DNA of 64,000 nucleotides from Macrostomum hystrix (Eukaryota; Animalia; Platyhelminthes): NCBI GenBank assembly GCA_950097015.1, contig CATNEN010000038.1, positions 10,168,001 to 10,232,000 of the forward strand, given 5' to 3'. How positions within the stretch are numbered: the stretch's first letter is position 1; each line of letters begins with the position of its first letter. The notes below the pieces were generated by a model that saw only the letters and a list, made by a program, of their open reading frames with translations, did no database searches and was not told where the DNA came from. Below are positions 47,652 to 58,897 of the stretch, in pieces. Both the position numbers and the translations under genes were made by a program.

Positions 47652-48327
47652 TATACTGTCTAACAAAAGTTCTTGTACGGTTGCTTCTGTTGCCTCTAGT
47701 ATCCATAATTTCCATCCGTTTCAAATGAAAATTAGTGCAAATGAAAGCTGGGAATCTCTGCAACATTTTCTGTTTCACCGTACTTTTTTCTGGAGTGGCT
47801 CGGAACAGCTTGCTGTTTAGCACAGACAGGTCGAATAAAAAAGTGACAGAATGACATAGAGCAAGCAGTCTATGGCCAACTTTCTTCACGCGCTGACAAA
47901 CTCCACAGAGTGTCTAGGAAGCCTTCTGTCGATCGATCGCTCTGTGTGTGGGGTTTGCTTTACTTCTTCACCCCAGGCGACATGTCTATGGCCTAAACTG
48001 TCGCACATTTTTGTTTACCTTCTGTTCATAATATATCTGATTATCTGTGAAGAAGGCTTCCTAGACACTCTGTGGAGTTTGTCAGCGCGTGAAGAAAGTT
48101 GGCCATAGACTGCTTGCTCTATGTCATTCTGTCACTTTTTTATTCGACCTGTCTGTGCTAAACAGCAAGCTGTTCCGAGCCACTCCAGAAAAAAAATACG
48201 GTGAAACAAAAAATGTTGCAGAGATTCACAGCTTTCATTTGCACTAATTTTCATTTGAATCGGATGGAAATTATGGATACTAGAAGCAACAGAAGCAACC
48301 GTACAAGAACTTTTGTTAGACAGTATA
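47652..48327. mobile_element. Foldback/MITE-like non-autonomous DNA transposon with ~276-bp inverted arms, a ~123-bp spacer and TA flanks (Tc1/mariner-type)
   Basis: The left arm (47652-47927, TATACTGTCTAACAAAAGTTCTTGTACGG...TCTAGGAAGCCTTCT) is the near-perfect reverse complement of the right arm (48051-48327, AGAAGGCTTCCTAGA...CCGTACAAGAACTTTTGTTAGACAGTATA). No transposase ORF is present. Confidence 0.88.
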
Positions 48328-48559
48328 GCTGTTCAACTTTTATTAATTCATTGAAGAGAGTTCTGTAACATGACATCATGGCAAGCAGCCAACAATGAGG
48401 TGCCCATACTTGAAGACCAAAGTATTCAACAGTTGTGCAATCAGAAATCAGACTGGTCTACTTACGCTCGCATCTTATATGATATAAAATCGGTGTTGAT
48501 CGTATTCAAAGCTGAACAGATATTCGAATGCGTTCGGAATATTGTCAGATATCGAATAT

Positions 48560-48725
48560 CGTGTTTGGAGCGTCGAATTCTCGACTTGCAGGTCGGGGGT
48601 TCGATTCCTAACTCCACTATTTGTGTCTTTTAGCAAGGCGATGGACACCAGCGTTGCTTCAGTTCACTTAGCTGGGTACTAGCATTAACTGGGGTGGGTG
48701 TGGCGTCTCCCAGTCCATGGACTGA
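48560..48725 (+). mobile_element. tRNA-derived SINE-like fragment
   Basis: Pol III B-box GGTTCGATTCC at ~48598, followed by TGTGTCTTTTAGCAAGGC and CACTTAGCTGGGTAC blocks that resemble tRNA-SINE bodies. No complete tRNA cloverleaf. Confidence 0.45.
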
Positions 48726-49659
48726 ACAGTCGTACGCAGCCTTCAGGCCAAAAATCGGTCAATTAAGACGATGTTTCTTTTTATTATTTTTCGGTAAATG
48801 TATATCCTATTGTTGACTGTACCTATTCCGGAGTTTTCTATCACAGGTTCTACATTTAGATATCCATGTCTCGAGGCCTTTAAAATGGAATTGATATTCG
48901 GGCTTTGTTTAGCGTACGTCCACATGCAACTATTAGCTTATTTCATAATCCACCCTGTGCTAACTCAGTGCAATATATAGGCCCAAAAATGTGGCCAAAA
49001 TTGCTAAAAAGCTATTCCGTAAAGGCCCAAATGGCTGTAGGTAATCCTATACATTTCCCCATTGGCCCCTATAATACAGGCCGTGTTTACACCGCTGGGA
49101 ACACAGTCCAACCAAACATATACAATGGGATAATCGCTGCGACTACATTGCAGCGAATGCTTGGTATTGCTGACTTGGTAAAGCAAGGACAGCCTTTCAT
49201 ATCAACCGGAAAACCGACACACCAGTTTAGAACGAGGATTTCTCTGTGCTGATTCGGATTAAAAGTCTAAATGGGATTTTTTCAAAGCCATCCCTACGGG
49301 TGGTCCGTGCGACTTTATTACCTAGTTGAAGGGGATATTCCAGTGGGCCCACTGTGGTAGGGTTGTGGCACAATATTGAAGAGGATGTAGACAAATGGAA
49401 AATTGGGTGGTGCAGCAGGAGAGACAGGAAACACAGTTTCCCATTCGATGGCATTGTGCTGGAAGAGTGATTCATGATTGTGGCTGAGTGTTTTCCACCT
49501 CAACAGTGCCGGGACAACTTGGACACATGGACAGCAGATTTGCAACGGGTGGAAAGTTAAAAGAGCAAATTTAAAAGTGAGAGCGAAATAAGGAGAAGAA
49601 ATTTAAAGGTTTCTAGAAAGTACAGTGACAATAAAGGCTAAACACTGAATTACTTAACG

Positions 49660-49795
49660 AAACTTCCTCATTCCGAAACGTGGTCATTTCGAAACTTGGT
49701 CATTCCGAAACTTGGTCATTCCGAAACTTCCTGATTCCGAAACTTGGTCATTCCGAAACTTCCTGATTCCGAAACTTGGTCACTCCGAAACGTCA
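49660..49795. repeat. 16-bp short tandem repeat (TTCCGAAACTTGGTCA)n
   Basis: Directly visible, about 8 units. Confidence 0.88.
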
Positions 49796-50369
49796 CAACT
49801 ACGATCATTGCTCAATGTTAAACATCCACATTCTGAAACTCAAAAACTCTTTTAAAAAATTCTAAAAGTTTTCTAAACCGAAATTAATGTCTCTCTTTCG
49901 AGGTAAGAATCTCAAACAAAAAAATCCGTTTTTACTCGTTGGAAGACCAATTCAAGGTACGAGATATTTGCGATCTTTGGCAAGATTGTAAATTATGACG
50001 TGCCCCAGACAATGGACAGGACAATCTCTTAATATTTTCTTGTTAGTGGCACGCCAGAAATAAATGAAAGTTTGTACCTGAAATTTAATAAGCCTTTGAC
50101 TCGGTAGAATGCAATTTAAAACAAAAACAATTATTGCATTTTTAGCTCTGAGAAACGCGGCAGTAAATTGATTATGGCAGCTGAAAAACTAATTAGTAAT
50201 GCACAGTTTAAGTGAGTATGTACAGGATACTAAGCAAATTCTGCATGCCATTCGGTCTCACATGAAACGACTCGTATGCTATAAAAAGGGGCCAGCCCAT
50301 AGGACAGTAATGTTAGGTCCACTATCGGCCCATGGAGACTAAAGAGTTGAAAGATCTCGGGGCGTTTCA

Positions 50370-50750
50370 AATATCCACATTTATCTTTTTTCTGTACCGC
50401 CTAAAATATTTAACCAATCGCCATGAAATGTAAAACAAAGGCTAAAACTTTCCGCTCTATCCGATGAAGCAATTTTCAGAATCACAAAACATCGAAATCG
50501 TCGAGATATTCAATGATTCTCGTCGGGTTGTCTGCTGGAAAAAATCACCAATATAGACCATTTTTCTGCTCACAAAATTTCATTTTGTACCCACGTCGGC
50601 TATGATTGTGGAATATTTAGGATTGATTAAATTGTTACTTTTTCGTTTTTTTAACTATACGGATTCGCCAAAGAGGTTCATGCAGAGCAATGTCCGTTGT
50701 CCTTGTCAGCAGGGTCTCCGACAAGAATCGTTGAACATCTCGACTACGCT
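50370..50750. repeat. Dispersed repeat family B copy with an internal inverted ~30-bp motif (MITE-like remnant)
   Basis: 50370-50527 matches 27870-28025. GTCGAGATATTCAATGATTCTCGTCGG (~50500) pairs with CCGACAAGAATCGTTGAACATCTCGAC (~50718). Confidence 0.6.
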
Positions 50751-52844
50751 GACTCAGACGGTAATAAAAGTTAGTTCATAGTGAAGGGAAAATACGATTT
50801 GTATGGTGGACGTTCACGAAAATCGGTCATTCGGTTTGGGAGCTGTTGTGAAGTAGGCAGTGGGTATTTGACATATCCCGTGGTCATTCCCCTGCTCGTG
50901 GAAAATAGCGTGGTTTTTTTCTACTATTAGGAAAGGAATCGAAAGAAAACAGAAAAATCTTAACCTTATCGTTTCTTCGAAAAGTTTAAAAGAAAAAATG
51001 GTTTCTGCCGCGTAGGTGGGCACTATAGTTGGAAGAAAATTTTTTCACCTCCACTATAGAAAACGAAGACAAAGAAAATGGTATCTGCTTAAGAATTGTC
51101 TTTGTGACAGTCACGTTTCTGCTTTTAGTTGGCTTAGTAATTTGGCTTGAGCATTTCCTAAGTGAATCATGGACTCCCAGCCCGCCACTTAGCATCAATA
51201 TCAGGAGGAAGGGTCGCAGGCACAGACACGACTCGATCTCTAGTCAGTCAGCCTGTCCTCTAGAGTCGGGCAGTGAAAAGCAGAACTTACACTTTTGACA
51301 GGTTGTGAGACCGACCCAATTTTGCAGACTTGGATTGCGCAGTTAGCAACGAGAAGGTTTTGTGCTGCAAGCGCTGATTGAGCGCATAAGAGATATTTAA
51401 TTTGTGTATCTTCAGTGTTCGCTGCAAAACTAAAAGCAAATATTTAACGTCGGAGAAGATTAGATAAATGCCAGCTTAGCACACACACACAGGGCCAAAT
51501 TAAACCAATATTGCCATGTACCAGACTCAAGCCTATCTTATTTGGCATTTTTCTGTATTCTTTTCTTGCTTTATTAGCTGAGAACAGCGGATTTAGTTCT
51601 CAATATTTTTACACCATAAAATAGCAAATGCAGTAAATTTGGTGGGTCATATTCATGCGATATAAAGTTCCTTTGCTAATTTATCATTACAATTTACAAT
51701 TCTAAGGACTTTGATCAAACAATCTTAACGTTATTGTAGACAAGCAGAACTGCAAAGTGTTCTAGAAAATAGGTTCTTGCATGGCACTAGCTTACCTGTC
51801 AGAATGTGCTTGAGTCGATTTGGAACACTATACAGACCCACTTCATACGACAATGTGCCTTTCATTCTTTGTTGCTGTTGACCGTTGTCATGACAACGCG
51901 GCTAAAGTATCGGAAAAAGAGCTGTTGCTAAAACTATTATGCTTCGAGAAAGAGAGCAACAATTTGAACTTTTACTTCGCTTCTAAAATCTGTTTGAGAC
52001 TCGTAATTATGCAAACATTTCTATTTATCAAGATTGTTAGCCCTGATAGCCATTTTGCAAAAGAACTGGTTTTGGTCTGTCTAGCCCTTTGGGCTGTGTC
52101 CTAATATAGCTTTTCATATACTGTACAGATAGGTATATTCATTTCGCCTGAAAATAAAGATTCTTATCAGACGTGCGGTGACTCCCTGTGAGTATGCGGT
52201 ATGTTGTCTGCTTCAAAGAAGAATGTAGGAATCTCAGAATCTCAGATCTGAGTCTCAGATCTTCAAGCTATCAAATCAGAATTACTGTCCACCTATGCGC
52301 GTATGCTGAAAACTATTTCTATAGGAAACTAAATAGGTACTCAATATTTGGAGCATAAGAAAGTAAATGCATATTAATCGAGTTGCCCATTTTGACACCA
52401 AGCATGATCGCCTCATGCGACACGCTCTCGAAAATGTGAGTCACTGACCGACTTAATGGCCCCAAACACCAGCTGGGGGGCCAATTTAAACTCGAATATT
52501 TATGACTCGGGCACCAGTGAAAGATTATTGAATGAAGAGATTGAAGTGCCGCGCATTTGAAGCAGAACACTTCTGGTCAGGCCCCTGCACTCCGCCTGAA
52601 TATCAAGTTTCAAATCCACTTAGGCCAGCGACCAGCAACCCGACAGGGCGAACTCCTCCTTGGCTCTGACCCACCCCAGCACACTTGGGGCCGAGAGGCT
52701 GCGAGAGCAGAAAATGATGGCGGAGTGAGGTGGCTGCGACCTTTGATTGATAAGCTGTTTAAACTGTACCTTGCTGGGGAAAAATATGAATACGGCTTTT
52801 GGAGTTCGCTGGACATGGGAGGAAATGGGCAGAAAGAGGAAACA

Positions 52845-53262
52845 GAGAGAGATGAGACAGGGGGAGAGATGAGACAGGGGAGAGATGAGACAGGGGAGAG
52901 ATGAGACAGGGGAGAGATGAGAAAGGGGAGAGATAAGACAGGGGAGAAATGAGACAGGAAGAGATGATACAAGGGAGAGATGAGACAAGGGAGAGATGAG
53001 ACAGGGGAGAGATGAGAAAGGGAAGAGATAAGACAAGGGAGAGATGAGACAGGGGAGAGATGAGACAAGGGAGAGATGAGACAGGGGAGAGATGAGACAG
53101 GGGAGAGATAAGACAAGGGAGAGATGAGACAGGGGAGAGATGAGAAAGGGGAGAGATAAGAAAGGGGAGAGATAAGACAGGGGAGAGATGAGAAAGGGGA
53201 GAGATAAGACAAGGGAGAGATGAGACAGGAAGAGATGAGACGGGGAGAGATGAGACGGGGGA
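52845..53262 (-). repeat. 16-bp minisatellite (GGGGAGAGATGAGACA)n, reverse orientation of the 2815/45675 family
   Basis: Directly visible. Confidence 0.95.
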
Positions 53263-55344
53263 CAAAAGTTAGCAATAGGCCATTTGATTTCGATCAGGGC
53301 TCTCTACTCACCAACAATAATTTATGCAGGCAAGCTCGCTCAACATTTTAGACACAACCGATTCGGAATCGGCAGACAATAGGCTGTGATTGTGAATTCC
53401 TCAGAGAGATTAATGCGTGGAACATCTAATTGGCTTGTCTGTCTTGCAAAAGCAACGTTGAAAAATAGGAAAATAGCTTTGAACATATTCAGCACTGTGT
53501 CAATAATTTTAGCAGAATTTCTGACTAAACATTCGTGAAGCCTATTTAGGGTGTATTACGCAATATGAGCTTAGCCTCAGTACTCAATAATTCCATGCCT
53601 ATAGATTAGTTTCATTAAAGTAGTGGAGTCAGTTTTAAAACCTTCAATCTTATCTTAAAAGCCTAGGCCTGACTGCCATCGGTATAATAAAATATGTTTA
53701 CAATTAGACTAACTGACTTCAATATGGCTTTTGTCCTTCGGTTTTACGATTCAGTTTAATTAAATTATCGGTCCTTATTCCACCATTGTTAGCACACGTT
53801 CCTCCTTCATGGACTTTTTATGACTATTGATCTGCTACGCTTGTGTGTACAATTCTTACCATACCAGTTTTCGTTCACCATCTGACTATCAAAGTCTTAT
53901 CTGGGCCAGGTTAGTGGATAGTAAAACATAATAAAACACGAGCGCCTTTAAACCGACTGAATTTATTAATAATTGGAGATTGCTTCTTGGAAATATTTTA
54001 TTGGAGAGAATGAACGAGAAATGAAGAATAATATTGAAGGGAGAGGGATAGATTGAGAGAGATAATAGGAGAGAGGTGAAGGGAGAGAGATGAAGGGAGA
54101 AGACATCAAGGGAAAAGATATGAAGGGAGAGAGTTGAAGGGAGAGAGATGAAGGGAGAGAGATGAAGGTAGGGGTCAATATGGAAGTGGACAAGAGGAAG
54201 TGACGGTCGATTAGATCGCACTAAACATGGATAGGAGAATATAACTTATCTCTTCTAAGAAATTCATCCAAAAACCAAAATAAAAATTGTTTTGACTTAC
54301 AAAAATGCTGCAACCCAGAAAAAAGTTATCGCCAGCAGAAGCAGTCTGCTTCTGCAGCTCTCTGCTAGGGGAGAGAGAGATGGGACACGGAATGAATTGC
54401 TAAGGTTGTGAGCTGATTCTGGTGAAATTGCATCACTGTTGATTGAGGCTCTTCGCATTCAGCTGTCAATTATTAATAGGACTAATAGGAAGTCATTCTA
54501 TTGGCCAGCCGCTGTCAGCCAATTAGAACTTAGCTACAATTTGCTTGGATTGAGACTCGTGGTCGAGTTGTGAGTGTCCCTGTGATCGATCTGGATCCAT
54601 ATATTGCAATTATAAAATTCCATTTCAGTATAATTTTGATTGATCAAGCCTTAAATAGAAATAGAAAGAAATTCCGCGCGTTTTGGCTGCACTTTTTGAC
54701 AGATGTCACGTAATAATAATAATTGCAGGAGGGCTGCGGGCAATGGCACATCATTTGGTGACACTAGACATTTGACACTTTGACAACCACTTCAGGCCCA
54801 AATCACAAAAAAATGAATACGTTCTTGTGGAGGTGAGAAAGCAAGCGTGTCTAGCAAAAGTTGAAAAAAATGTATTGCATACACAAAAAGCTGACACAGA
54901 AAAAGGCCTTTAAAAAGTTGTTTTTCATTCAGCGCAATTCGGACGCTGTGCGCTGAATAGAAAACTGTGACTCAGAACTCGATGCATGCTGATCGATAGC
55001 AAGAAAATTTTATTAAAAAAAACAACCATCTAGCCTTATAGCTACAGTGCATTCAGCAAACACTTAAATTATATGCTGCACATCACAGCATGAATTGTAT
55101 GCGCCTTTGTCCGGAAAACAGTATAATATATAGTATGAGTACAGAGGTCTTTTCAAATACTTCATTTTTTGTCTATTTTCTTATTTGACAACCTGAATTT
55201 GTTAAACTGTATTTGCATCAAGTGACCCCCGATTATCTAATAGCTGTCTCGGGTTTGCGGGGCACTTGGTGATTTGTACTTGACCTTCACTCTCTAAGAA
55301 GAGCCACTCAGTTTCGTATCAACTGCGGAGAGATCCTCGTACTG

Positions 55345-55645
55345 AGAAGAGATAAGACACGGGAGAGATGAGACAGGGGAGAGATGAGACAGAGGAGAGT
55401 TGAGACAGGGGAGAGATGGGACACGGGAGAAATGGGCCACGGGAGAGATAAGACAGGGTGAGAGATGAGACAGGGGAGAGATGAGAAAGGGGAGAGATGA
55501 GACAGGGGAGAGATTAGACTGGGGAGAGATGGGACAAGGAGAGATTAGTAAAGGGGAGAGATGAGACAGGGCGTAGATGAGACAGGGGAGAGATTAGACT
55601 GGGAGAGATGAGACGGGAGAGATTAGACTGGGGAGAGATGAGACA
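55345..55645 (-). repeat. 16-bp minisatellite (GGGGAGAGATGAGACA)n, degenerate
   Basis: Directly visible. Confidence 0.9.
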
Positions 55646-56364
55646 AAAGACATAAGGAAGGCATGTAAGGTGCATGTTAGGTGCCAGAGCAGATGTTTTA
55701 AAAGTATGAGGCATCGAAGCTTCCAACACCAATTGTTTAAGCTTTTTTATGAAATCCATTTCCAATAATTATCTACATTGAACTATCAGCAAACGAATAT
55801 TAGCTCAAAGTTAGCACTTTTTGCATAGATTCTCTCGCCAGCTGGGCTGAGATAGATTGTTTGCTTACTTTTTCATATGCCGAAGGCCCATTTAATTTTC
55901 TTCGTAACAACCCGATTCTGGACATTTCAATCTAATACGAGCTATATAATATTAGGCTATATAATCTGCTTATAACTACTCGTGAATACATGTAAAACTC
56001 TAGTTGGTGGCCGCGACCACTGCTCAAACCAATATAAGTGGGCCAATTCAAACACTGCGATCTGGTTTGCCTAATAGTTATTGACGGCCATTGCCTGCAA
56101 GGGCCGTGTTTAACAAACGCAAACACAAGACGCGGCCCCTCTCTCACAAAAAGTAAGAATATTTCCGCTTTTTTTCAAGCCGAAATGCGCATTTGACTCG
56201 TGACGCAATCGCATTGTTGAATGAGGCCGGCGTTTTCTATCGAAGCAATCAGCTTACCTGTCTTCTTCTGATCTGCATCGAGCCACTTATCAATCTTCTT
56301 CATTCTGACATGTCGAAATATATATTTTCCTTCTTACCCTCTCCTTGCTTACTATACTGCTTTT

Positions 56365-57010
56365 TTTCTTCTCCCCTTCTTCTCCCCTCTTCTTCTCCCC
56401 CTCTTATTCTGCCCCTCTTCTTTTCTCCCTTCTTCCTCCTCTTACACTCCCCCTCTTCTTCCCCCCTCTTCTCCCCTTTTCTTCTCTCCCCTCTTCTCCC
56501 CTCTTCTTCTTCTTCCCATCTTCTTCTTCCCCTCTTCTTCTCCCCCTCTTCTTCCCCCCTTTTCTTCTCCCCTCTTCTTCTCCCCTTTTCTTCTCCCCTC
56601 TTCTTCTCCCCCTCTTATTCTGCCCCTCTTATTCTGCCCCTCTTCTTTTCTCCATTCTTCCCCCTCTTACACTCCCCCTATTCTTCCCCCCTTTTCTTCT
56701 CCCCTTTTCTTCTCCCCTCTTCTTCTCTCTTCTTCTTCCCCCCATCTTCTCCCCTTTTCTTCTCCCCTCTTCTTCTCTCTTCTTCTTCCCCCCATCTTCT
56801 CCCCTTTTCTTCTCTCCCCTTTTCTCCCCTTTTTTCTCTCCCCTCTTCTCCCCTTTTCTTATTCTTCCCCTCTTCTTTTCCCCTCTTCTTCTTCTTCTCT
56901 TCTTTTCCCCTCTTCTTCTTCCCCTCTTCTTCTTCTTCTTCTCTTCTTCTTCCCGTCTTCTTGCCCATTTTCTACCCTTCTCTCATCCCTTCTTGTCCCC
57001 TTATTCTTCT
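56365..57010. repeat. Polypyrimidine low-complexity tract (CTT/CCCCTCTT)
   Basis: Almost pure C/T on the + strand. Confidence 0.92.
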
Positions 57011-58897
57011 CCATTTTTCTATGATTTTCTTCTCCCCATCTTTTCGATCTCCTCACTTTCTCTCCGTTTCTCTGTCTTGAATTTGAGTTAGCCGGAGCGG
57101 ATGCAGCCGGGAGACGGAGAGAACAGTCCAACGGAGTTTAGACATGGTGTCTAGACACCAGATTTTTTGTGGGTCGACTTCCTTGCCATAATTAACTCGT
57201 AAAGAGTTAAAGAGGCCGATATTCCCGCTTTGTTGGAGCAGGGCGCATAATTCTTCATTCCCCTGATAAAATTATCTACATCTTGCCTCTACGCTTAATA
57301 ATCTCCCAGTTATTTTGTGTTTATCCGTCACAAAACTTTCGTTATTATTTATCTCAGTTTTCTAAAATCACCATTCAGGCACAGCTGCTGCATTGTCTCA
57401 TACAGTTAAGCTGCACACACACTGACCATGATTATACCTTTTCATTTCCTATCCGAAGCTAAATTTTCTTGCCGCATAAAGTATCTTCATAACTTTTGTG
57501 TTTACACAATTAAGAATTTCACTTCCCAGTGCCGACGTTGAACGTAACAGTCAGGCGCCTTTATAAAGTTAAACATTTTCCAAATTTTCATCTTTTTTTC
57601 CGACTGGGAATCTATCTATTCTTAATTAATCGTTTTAGGATGTACAGTTCAATAAGAAGTGTTTAAATGTGTTCAGCAGATGCAGTTTTTTTAAATCAAG
57701 ATATTCTATTTTCAAAAATCGACTCGTATATAAATAGGACCGCCCTCTTGTAAGAAATGATGAGTCACAGTAATGCCGGACTGATTGGCGATAAAAAAAA
57801 CTGGGAAAAATTTATACTTGCTAATTTTGCCGCCTTTTACTACGGAAAACAATACATACAGACACACACACATAAAACAACTTAAATAAGCATCGTGTTA
57901 TACTATACCCATCGGGATACAAGTTCGGTTTTAACAGTCTCCTTAGATACTGGCTAGTGTATACAACGCTATTAAAAATTTCCATGCTTTCGCTAATTCT
58001 TCTTCTGTATCTCCGAGTTGCAGCAGGCTGACTCATTCGCGAATTTTACCTTCTCCTCTAAGAGTGTCGCTACAAATTAATTCTTAGCTATATCAGCATT
58101 TGCCCATGTCATAAACCATACAAATGGTCCTCAGCACTAGAAACCTATTGAATGGGTCTTTAATGATTCTGTATTATTTAATGTTTATTGTTGAACATTT
58201 TTTGAAATTTAGTCTTGTTGTTACTTTTGTCATGCTTACTGAAAGTAGTATTTATAGTTTTAATAAAACATAAATACATGCATACATACTGGTGCACCAT
58301 CTAGGAAACTTCTTAACTTCAACATTTGGTTCAAAAACTGAGAACAGGCAAATACAATTTGATCATGCTGGGATAGTAAAGAATCCGTTAAAGTCTGCGC
58401 AAGGACAACTTTAGTATTAAAGCTAATGTAGTCTTTGAGTCTGCGTTAGTCTTTTCTCATTGAAAAAACATAGGCCTACAGAACATTATAAGATAAAAAG
58501 AAAAGCAATCGTGAATGTTTTTACTTCGTGCTTTTCAACTGAAGCAAAAAATCTATTGTTATGATCACACTGCGATCGTGATCACATACGAGTACCAGTG
58601 TATTAACAGCCCGTACATTTGTTTTGAATTTCAGCGGACTTCGGCCCGTTTTAACATTTTTGTTTACAATAGCGTAACATTCTGTGATTAGAAGACATAA
58701 AAAGAAAGTTTTAACCATTTTAAAGTTATGTTATATAGTTCAGGCTTGATATAGTTGATACTTTTAACCAACAGAATACAGTACGGCACAGTTTTAAAGG
58801 CAATCAAATGTTCGCGGGTTGTTAAGTTAAATGTTTCGTTAAACACTTTCAGCGTTAGTGTACATATTTTTTGCTGTTGCTGGCTGGAGAAAAGAGG

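Noticed and set aside
48560-48620. tRNA gene
   Set aside because: Only a B-box/T-arm-like motif; I could not build an acceptor stem or a full cloverleaf, so it is better explained as a SINE remnant.
48830-49400. LINE (CR1/L2-like) reverse-transcriptase 3' fragment
   Set aside because: Faint hints only (TFRY../RPLKWN, VVGLWHNIEEDV), spread over different frames with many stops. Not supportable without a profile search.
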